From Folioceros fuciformis (taxonomy: Eukaryota): a stretch of 26,660 nt of DNA. Position numbers and translations under genes: made by a program. Position 1 is the stretch's first letter. Every line of letters begins with the position of its first letter. Shown piece after piece: positions 9,485 to 17,028 of this stretch. The notes under the pieces are model-generated. The model was not told where the DNA came from and did not search any database. It saw nothing but the letters and a program-made list of their open reading frames with translations. The stretch spans positions 62,001 through 88,660 of the forward strand of contig JBNGIO010006150.1 in assembly GCA_049999805.1 (NCBI GenBank), given 5' to 3'.

Positions 9485-10306
9485 GGGAAGGAACCATCAT
9501 ATCCTAACGACAGGGCGAAAGCAGGTCAGAGGAGAGGTCTTGCAATGATAGTCAGCATGGAACACGACAGAGAGGGAGGACAGATAGACAGAGGGCGACT
9601 TGAAGCTCTCTTCGAGATGTTGAAGTTTGATACAGATATTGTGGTGAACGATCCTAAGGAAGGGAAGTCAAGGTTGAAAAAGATTCTCAGGGTCCCTCGC
9701 CTAGCAGAGGACGACGGCTTTCTGTTTTGCGTGAACGCCCATGGTGGGACTGAAGTAGACGGAAGACAGTATGTTTGCTCAGGTGAAGCGGACAAGGCGG
9801 AGAAGCTTTATGTTGAAGAAGATATTTTGAAGCCCATCGCTGAATGCGAGTATTTGGCAAACAAGCCTAAGGTGGTTGTCATAAATGCTTGTCGAGGCAC
9901 TGGCAGTCTGGTCAGAAGCATGAAAGCACAGGGGTCGAGCCCCGCCGACCTTGCCAGTACCAGCAAAGCCGAGGGGTCAGACGTTGAGGGAAGCCAGGGT
10001 CTCAGCAGGAGAATTCGACTCTTGTATCAGGCGAAAGATTTTCTCATCGTCTTCTCTACCAGTCCTGGAGATTTATCCTTCAGAAATGTGAAGGAACTTC
10101 AAGGCACAAACTTCATCATAGCTTTCATGGGAGCCATCAGTGAGCACTCTCAAACCGAAGATGTGGTGAGCATTCTAACAAGAGTGACTCGCGAGGTCAC
10201 CGAAATGCAGAACGTGCAGTGTCCCCAGGTCGTCACCACACTTACTGGAAAGATATACTGGTCTGAACCACTCTATTCTCAACACATGCCTGGTCGGATA
10301 GCGTGA
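9485..10306 (+). CDS. Caspase (peptidase C14A-like, p20+p10) domain. First ATG is 9545, but homology starts upstream, in frame with the ROCO copy 2 COR exon
   Basis: RGLAMIVS (first strand); DREGGQID (Arg at 9569-9571); FLFCVNAHG (His 9740-9742); LANKPKVVVINACRG (Cys 9890-9892). The p10-like part has DFLIVFSTSPGDLSFRN (Arg 10082-10084), GTNFI, ILTRVTREV and QCPQVVTTLTGKIY. There are no stops from 9485 to 10303. Confidence 0.9.
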   Translation, partial: GKEPSYPNDRAKAGQRRGLAMIVSMEHDREGGQIDRGRLEALFEMLKFDTDIVVNDPKEGKSRLKKILRVPRLAEDDGFLFCVNAHGGTEVDGRQYVCSGEADKAEKLYVEEDILKPIAECEYLANKPKVVVINACRGTGSLVRSMKAQGSSPADLASTSKAEGSDVEGSQGLSRRIRLLYQAKDFLIVFSTSPGDLSFRNVKELQGTNFIIAFMGAISEHSQTEDVVSILTRVTREVTEMQNVQCPQVVTTLTGKIYWSEPLYSQHMPGRIA

Positions 10307-10539
10307 GGAGCGCGGGGTCAGGGCCTGTAGTGCCTTCCATCCTGTGTCAGGTATCAAGTGTTTTTCTAGCTACATACTGTACTGCCTGTTTGTTGGTGTG
10401 TCAAACTGCTTCTGATACGACCTTCCGCGTCTCGTTCCTTCTACACCTGTTTGGCAAGAACGTCATCTCACAGGGTCCTGGTGTGGATGAACAGGTGATG
10501 GGTCTTGGAGGCCATTCGTAGGGAGGGAAGAACGTGCTG

Positions 10540-10732
10540 TGTTCGTAACACAGCTGGGAGTTCTTGGTCACAAGAAGCAAGTCCAAGTTTTGGGTCTTGT
10601 GTTTACAATGTCTTGAACACCAGCGTGAAGATGTATGCTTCATGTTCCCTTCCCGACCAGCCAAGAGCCAGCTGGGACAGGATGTCCCTCTCTGAAATGG
10701 CGTCCGGAACTTGTGCCTGCATGTCACAGTGA
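10540..10732 (+). pseudogene. Possible degenerate PLS-PPR fragment
   Basis: FGSCVYNVLNTSVKMYASCSLPDQPRASWDRMSLSEMAS resembles the S-motif consensus VYVGNTLVDMYAKCGSLEDARxVFDRM. Confidence 0.3.
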
Positions 10733-11505
10733 CACCAGACAGCACGCAGCGGTAGCTCCAAATTCGGTCTTGTCATAACTGGATTAGGGTTGCTCGCAAG
10801 TGAAGAGAGTCCTGTCCCGTGTTTTGAGTTTGGTGCCGTCGCCGTCGTTTGTCCCGGTTTGGAGCACCTCCTTCTCTCTCTTTCTCGTTCAATAAAGCCT
10901 GGGTTGTCTCCACTAAACACAACAGCCAAGAACACACCCGGCGCTCCTATCCCACGGAGCATTGGGGGTGTCTTTTGTAACCGTGACTTTGGCTAGCCTC
11001 CATTGGCCTTTTAAAACTCCCCTCGTTTCTTTCCTCCCAATTTTGCTTCACGGAAAGTCACGTAAAAATATTCGCATTCAGAGAAACAGTGGACATGTTC
11101 CAATGAAGCCACGTGTCTGAAACAGCCAGTAGGACGCCGCCAAGTCCCGCCTGACCCGCTGTTGGACAGCTGGGCCGCTTTGACAAGAGGTGGGCAGGTG
11201 GCAAATAAGAAGGCACAGCTGAGGCCATAAAACGACTTTGCTCCAGCTCCACCAGATGCATTCAATCTTCAACTTCTCCGCATTCAATTCTCCTTCATCG
11301 CAGATCCACGCTTTGCAGGAGGATACCTTCAGGAGCTGCCTTTCTGAATCCTACAGAGCGAGTGTCCCTTGTAGGTGGCACGAAGGAAGGTTTTCAATCT
11401 GAGGCAGGGGAGCTGCGCTGCAACCTGAGCAGGAGGAAGAGTGATTTCGGCCTTTGAGGATCAGCGGCCAAGGCCGGCCTTCGAAGTGGAAGCTTGCTAG
11501 CGACA

Positions 11506-11730
11506 ATGCCGTACATTCCTTGCTGCGTGCAATGCGGCACCCACCAGAACTCCTGTGGATGCAAGGTGGTTGGCCCGACAGTCGGGTTTGTGGCCTTCGC
11601 CGTGGCCGCGCTGGTGGAGTGGCCTGTGGGTGCCGTTGTCTGGCTATTCAAGCGTCACAAGGGCCGCCGCATCATACGCCACCCTGCCAACATCGTCTTT
11701 CCCCGCGTCAGCAACGCTATCCCCATTTGA
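11506..11730 (+). CDS. Small conserved plant protein of unknown function (74 aa, Cys-rich N-terminus, one hydrophobic segment)
   Basis: MPYIPCCVQCGTHQNSCGCKVVGPTVGFVAFAVAALVEWPVGAVVWLFKRHKGRRIIRHPANIVFPRVSNAIPI. It matches a recalled uncharacterised plant family pattern, CGT..N.C.CKVVGP...VEWPVGA...KGRRI..HP...PI. Confidence 0.75.
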   Translation: MPYIPCCVQCGTHQNSCGCKVVGPTVGFVAFAVAALVEWPVGAVVWLFKRHKGRRIIRHPANIVFPRVSNAIPI

Positions 11731-11993
11731 ATGCATTGGATATGCAAGACTGGAAGGACAAGGCCCCATCCCCGCAGAGGCCCCGGGCTTAGGAGCTACT
11801 AACATTAAGGAGATGCGTAATATGCGCATGGATTTTTTCATTGCCTTCCAGAGCATCTGCTTGGGACCTGTACAGTAGGCTGATTGTCATCAATAAAAAG
11901 GCATTGTTGCCGATTGCAAAAGTCGGAAACGTTCCCTCGCTGACCCTTGCTATTTGCATGACCCCGAGTCGGCCTGTTTCAAACTTCTACACT

Positions 11994-13319
11994 CTACAGC
12001 TCCACGGGCAGACAATGGATTATAGAAGCCACAAGAAAATTACAGGGTGCTACATCCGACCACATCACCCTCCCGATTATGTCCTCTTGAATCACCTCCC
12101 CTACCTCTATGGCTGTAGTCACTAGCTCAGACTGCCTCCTTAGCTCCCTCTTACTCGGCCCTACCACAAACAGCTTCCCCTTACTGCCAGCGAGAATTGG
12201 CCCACATTTCAACCGGGGTAGCTTCTTGCCGCTGTCCCTCAAGCTGAGAGCCCTCCACGAGTCCATGCCAGGATCGTAGCCCAGTATATCGTTCCAATGA
12301 TTAGAAGAAAAGAGGAAATTCCTGGCAATGGCTGCCTTCCCCTTCCACCCACTCTCCAGATTCCTTGAGATAGGCTCCCAGATATCCAACCCAGGTTCGA
12401 ACACTATCCCTCCCGAGTCCGAGAAGCAGTATATCCGTCCTCCCAACACCACGCTCCCGTGCATCCACCGAGATCTAACTGCAGGACCACTCTGCACTAC
12501 ACTCCACCTATTGGTCTCCGGATCATACACTTCTGCCCAGGCATGGGAGCCCGCCCAGCACCCTCCAAACACATAAATCTTGCCCTCTACCGTACCAGTC
12601 GCAGGAAACTCCCTGCGCACACGCATCGGAGGCCCTAAAGCCCACTCAGCCTTCAAAGGGTCGAATACCCACACTTGCTTGGAAGCAATGCCTCCCCGCA
12701 ATCCTCCCATCAGAAAAACCTTAAAATTCACGACAGAGCATGCAGCACCGATAGGGTGCCCGGGCAGGGACGGCAGCACACGCCAGCGCTGCTGCGAGAC
12801 CTCAAAGGCTCGCCAGTGGTAGTTCCCCTTGAAGTCCCTTAACATTACGTACAGCCATTCTTCGCAAAGGCCTTGCGAAGCCCTAAGGTTAAAAATGTTG
12901 GGATGCGATGCAGAACTCAGCATGTCCCGCCATGCCCTGCAAACCCCTCGCAAGACTCCATGAAAGTAGAAGGGAACCCGGATGAGGCACTGCAGCGCCA
13001 GATCGTAGGGCAACCCTGGAATCAGCTCCTGGCAGCCCTCCCCTCCTCTGCGGGACGCCCTCTGCGGAACAACCTCGGCCCGACTCGCCAACCCTAGTGC
13101 ATCATCGTCCACAAACTCTCCAACAGTCTCCTGCAATTCGTCCGCCACTGTTTGCAGGAGCAAGGTCGTTTCCCGCAATGCAGCCTTGTGATCAAGGTCG
13201 AAGCTCGTGGAGCCCTCCCAGTCTCCTACATCCGGAACGCTCTCCGAGCGTCTCCCAAGCACGGTGTCGTCTCTTGACTCCAGGCCGATTCTCCCCTCAC
13301 CCTCGCCTGCCATTGTCAT
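11994..13319 (-). CDS. F-box/kelch-repeat protein (SKIP6-like), intronless, 441 aa
   Basis: F-box LIPGLPYDLALQCLIRVP...VCRAWR. Kelch repeats VFLMGG..VWVFDP..W and GKIYVFGGC..WAEVYDPETNRW. The WMHGSVVLGGRIY and GWKGKA segments are typical of the SKIP6 subgroup. Confidence 0.92.
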   Translation of the reverse strand: MTMAGEGEGRIGLESRDDTVLGRRSESVPDVGDWEGSTSFDLDHKAALRETTLLLQTVADELQETVGEFVDDDALGLASRAEVVPQRASRRGGEGCQELIPGLPYDLALQCLIRVPFYFHGVLRGVCRAWRDMLSSASHPNIFNLRASQGLCEEWLYVMLRDFKGNYHWRAFEVSQQRWRVLPSLPGHPIGAACSVVNFKVFLMGGLRGGIASKQVWVFDPLKAEWALGPPMRVRREFPATGTVEGKIYVFGGCWAGSHAWAEVYDPETNRWSVVQSGPAVRSRWMHGSVVLGGRIYCFSDSGGIVFEPGLDIWEPISRNLESGWKGKAAIARNFLFSSNHWNDILGYDPGMDSWRALSLRDSGKKLPRLKCGPILAGSKGKLFVVGPSKRELRRQSELVTTAIEVGEVIQEDIIGRVMWSDVAPCNFLVASIIHCLPVEL

Positions 13320-13411
13320 AGGCGACGGAATTCCCGCTCCTCGATTTTCGTCACCAAATTATTTGCCAAATTTTCTCCTCATTTGCAACTGATAACGCAA
13401 AGCCATAGCAC

Positions 13412-13511
13412 NNNNNNNNNNNNNNNNNNNNNNNNNNNNNNNNNNNNNNNNNNNNNNNNNNNNNNNNNNNNNNNNNNNNNNNNNNNNNNNNNNNNNNNNN
13501 NNNNNNNNNNN
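13412..13511. other. Assembly gap (100 N) between the divergently oriented F-box and CIPK genes
   Basis: Run of N; true length unknown. Confidence 0.99.
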
Positions 13512-13867
13512 GCTCGGCCGATGTGTCGCGCAATTCCGCTTCCCGATGCCGGCCCCTGCGCGACCTGCAGCCCTACGCGAAACGCTCGTCCGCAAGTTTC
13601 GCCCTGGGTTTCGCCGTTTAAAGTTATCGGGCTCGACTTCGCAACTGTCGGAACTGCCCGTCTTGGCGCGGTGTGGAGGGTGGAGGAAGCGAGACCTGCC
13701 TACCGGCGTCGTCTGGCTTGCGCCGTGTTGCCACCCGCGCCTGGCTATGGTCTCGGCCAGGCCTCTGCCGCTCAGTCGCGTTTCTGCGGCCAGGGCGCGG
13801 CATGGCCTTCTTCTGGCTATGGAGGTCGATCGGGAGGGTCCCAAGGCTGACCAAGAGAGCAAGGACC

Positions 13868-15622
13868 ATGGCTGATTTCCTGGATCAAGTCCCGGATCTA
13901 GCTGCACCCAAACCCTGTCCGCATCGGCCGCAGCTGCTTGAGGCTGGTCGATCGCTGCCGTTTGTGGCTTCAAGTTTCTTCCCGGGCCCTGGGAATCACC
14001 AGAGTGTCAGGTGTGCGGATCTCTTGACCTGGTTCAAGCATCCACCAACCTGGCGGGAGAGTCGTTGGTCAGTTTCGTACCTGTCCGCTGGATGTTCTGT
14101 TCGTGGTGGCACTGGGAAGTTTTTTGTAAGAAATAGCTCCGGTGCTCAAGGTCCCGGAGGCGAAGATGCGGGACCGGCACCCTCCGATGAAGATGTGCGG
14201 CGCTACGGTCCTTTCCGCGACGAGCTTAGGGTCGGGAGGTACAAGATGGGAAAGGCTCTCGGGTCAGGGAGTTATGGCATGGTCAGGGCGGCCTACAATG
14301 TCGAGACGGGGGATCTGGTGGCCGTCAAGATGATAACCAAGAGAACGGAGCCGTTGAAAGTGGAACATAATAAGCAGCAACTCCGTCGGGAGGTCCATGC
14401 AATGACTCGGGTTGCTCATCCAAACATTGTCCAGCTGCTGGAAGTGATGGGTACCAAGGAGAAAATTTATTTGGTGATGGAGCTTTTGCGCGGCGGAGAT
14501 TTGGATGATAATGTGAAAGGCAGGCCGGAGAACCTAAGCGAGGCCGAGGCAAGACGATACTTCCAGCAAATTCTGTCGGCAGTGAATTTCTGCCACCAGA
14601 AGGGAGTTTATCACAGAGACCTGAAGCCTGCGAACGTTCTTTTGGATGCAGATAGCAACGCCAAAGTCGCAGATTTCGGGTTGGGTGCCCTGGCAGACGC
14701 AGACAACATGACGTACTTCACGGCAAACCTTTTGCTGAAGTCGATGGTTGGAACTCCTCTGTACATGGCTCCGGAAATCCTTGACCGCGCTTTGGTACCG
14801 TACGAGCCCGGTGTGGAGGGCTACAGCGGAGCCAAAGCGGACATCTTCTCTTGTGGAGTGATCTTGTACTTTCTGCTTTCAAGGCAGATTCCGTTTATCT
14901 GGAGGGACTCCATGCTAGACCTTCAGCGCCACAAGAAGAGAGCACAGTATCCTCCCTGGCCCCAGGAGATTGGTGAGGAAGCTCAGAAGCTGATTACCAG
15001 CATGCTAGATCCCGACCCTGCCAAGCGCATTTCGATGGAATCAATCTTCAAGGACCACTGGTTCAAGAAGGACTACAACCCTCCGAACTTCCTCGTGATG
15101 AAGGAGGTGGCCACCGGCCTTCAGAATATCGACAAAGCCTTCAAGGTACCGGTCCCCCTGGACCGTACCAAGCTCAAGCCAGCCAGCCTCAATGCATTCT
15201 CTTTGATAGCGGGTGCACCAAGCTTCAATCTGGGACCAATGGTAACAGGCACTTTCACAGATTGGGAGGAGAGACGGTACATATCGAAGCTCCCACCTCT
15301 CCAGACTTTGGAAAGGATTGCGTGGGCTATGGTACGTTATGGCTACTACGTTGAAGGCAAAGGATTCAAAATCAGGCTGGACTCAGCAATGGGGAGCCAC
15401 CAAGGACCGCTTTGCATCGTAGCAGAAGCGTTCCAAGCTGGCAAAGACCTCGTCGTCGTGGACGTCCGCAAAGTGGTTGGGGATCCCCAGGAATTCAAGT
15501 TCTTCTTTATCAGGTTCACCACGGTGATGGAGGATGTCCTCGAGCTGGTTGAGTGTAGTCCAGAAAGCGCAGTTAAACTCGTACCATACTTCGAGGTGCC
15601 ACCACATTCTTCACTCAACTGA
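13868..15622 (+). CDS. CIPK: CBL-interacting protein kinase (SnRK3/CIPK), divergent, intronless; start codon uncertain
   Basis: Kinase motifs LGSGSYG, VAVK, HRDLKPAN, DFG, GTPLYMAPE and KADIFSCGV. The NAF motif PASLNAFSLI is followed by a PPI/KA1-like domain (GPLCIVAEAFQ..LVVVDVRKVVGD..EF). ATG 13868 was chosen for its accATGg context; an in-frame ATG also exists at 13802. Confidence 0.88.
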   Translation: MADFLDQVPDLAAPKPCPHRPQLLEAGRSLPFVASSFFPGPGNHQSVRCADLLTWFKHPPTWRESRWSVSYLSAGCSVRGGTGKFFVRNSSGAQGPGGEDAGPAPSDEDVRRYGPFRDELRVGRYKMGKALGSGSYGMVRAAYNVETGDLVAVKMITKRTEPLKVEHNKQQLRREVHAMTRVAHPNIVQLLEVMGTKEKIYLVMELLRGGDLDDNVKGRPENLSEAEARRYFQQILSAVNFCHQKGVYHRDLKPANVLLDADSNAKVADFGLGALADADNMTYFTANLLLKSMVGTPLYMAPEILDRALVPYEPGVEGYSGAKADIFSCGVILYFLLSRQIPFIWRDSMLDLQRHKKRAQYPPWPQEIGEEAQKLITSMLDPDPAKRISMESIFKDHWFKKDYNPPNFLVMKEVATGLQNIDKAFKVPVPLDRTKLKPASLNAFSLIAGAPSFNLGPMVTGTFTDWEERRYISKLPPLQTLERIAWAMVRYGYYVEGKGFKIRLDSAMGSHQGPLCIVAEAFQAGKDLVVVDVRKVVGDPQEFKFFFIRFTTVMEDVLELVECSPESAVKLVPYFEVPPHSSLN

Positions 15623-16102
15623 ACTTCATCAGGGCCGCAACGTGCCGAGCACATGTCAGCTTTTACGGAGATATATATATATAAAAGGTGCTCAAGGTTT
15701 AGGGCTGGAGGAAGATTGAATGAGAAGTGCATTGTTATTTACAACTTGAACAGAAAAAAGCTTTTTGGCATACCAAGTTTGATTGGGTGATTGTATCATA
15801 GGATGTTTATTCAAAGAATAGGCAATATTAGTCCTGAAAAATGAATGCTCATCTTGGCTAAAACTTATGTAGGTTAAATTATGGTATTTTAATCATAGTT
15901 TATTGTATCTTATTTTGTATGACAAAAAGATTGCCGATGTATTTTTGAAGTATTCAAGACACATACAAGCTCAACAATATTGTTTGAAGACATATACAAA
16001 CTATAATCTTGATGATCTTATCATATTGAATCTAACAAGAGAGTATTTTCAATCATTGAAAAAGAAATAGAAAGTCAAAAGTTCCATTTACTCCAAAGAC
16101 GT

Positions 16103-16305
16103 ATCTACTCCAAAGATTGGAGAAACAACCTATCTACTCTAAAGATTGGAGGAACAACCCATCTACTCCAAAGATTGGAGGAACAACCCATCTACTCCAC
16201 AAATTGGAGAAACAATTCATCTACTCCAAAGATTGGAGGAACAATCCATCTACTCCAAAGATTGGAGGAACAATCCATCTACTCCAAAGATTGGAGGAAC
16301 AACCT
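16103..16305. repeat. 29-bp tandem repeat x7 with an internal palindrome (atctaCTCCAAagaTTGGAGgaacaaccc)
   Basis: Units start at 16103, 16132, 16161, 16190, 16219, 16248 and 16277, with no spacers. Confidence 0.95.
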
Positions 16306-17028
16306 AAGAAGGCAAACACAGTCCACAATCTAACAAGAACAGTTTCAAACACACACTTCACTCTAGAATCTTAACTAAATTAACACATGTTACGTTCTTG
16401 ATGAGGAGTAATTTTAAAACTCCACAGCATTTGTTAAGTGAGATCATGCAAACAATGGAGTATATAATAATTTTATTGGGGTCATGTATCTTGCCATTGA
16501 AGATTTGAGCTTTATGATTTACATATAGCTTTTAGGAAATAAGAAGTCTGTTATAAGCAGAATCACAGTTCACATAATCACAATTTAAGTAAGGAAGCTT
16601 GCTTAAAGTGCAAGGCAGAACATAGTACCAGAGCTCGCTGCGTCTCACTGTAGAAAAGCTTCGAAAGAAGATTCTGGCAGACTGAATGACACCCAACACG
16701 GATTCCTAGTTCTTACCCCTAATCGAGTCATTTTCCCCTTAAACAGAATTGCCTAACAAACCAAAAGCTTAGGATTGGAACGACAGAGAAGTGTATCATA
16801 TCTCAACAAGTTGTTCCCCAGAGTGAAGTACTGATGGCGCACGCGGAGAAATAGAAGGTACAAGAGGATGGTTACCGAGAAAAGGGAAAAAATGGACCTC
16901 TGCCTCAGCATCCTACAGCTTTCCACAGCCTTTTTCCCCCTACGGAAGTGCAGGGCCCCATGGAAATTTGACGGCTATGGGTGTATACACATGCAAGGAA
17001 CTTCGTTTAAGGGTGTCAGCAATCATGT

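Noticed and set aside
2879-9530. The two ROCO copies are one locus or two alleles falsely duplicated at the N gap
   Set aside because: They differ by many substitutions and indels throughout, including the intron 5' half. The copy 1 truncation at 6279 lies about 350 nt before the gap in contiguous sequence.
9545-10306. Ordinary plant metacaspase
   Set aside because: It lacks YSGHG and DxCHSG, and has the KPK...NACRG, SFRN and p10 motifs of caspase type.
16103-16305. CRISPR array (29-nt palindromic repeats)
   Set aside because: The units are head-to-tail with no unique spacers, there are no cas genes, and the context is eukaryotic.
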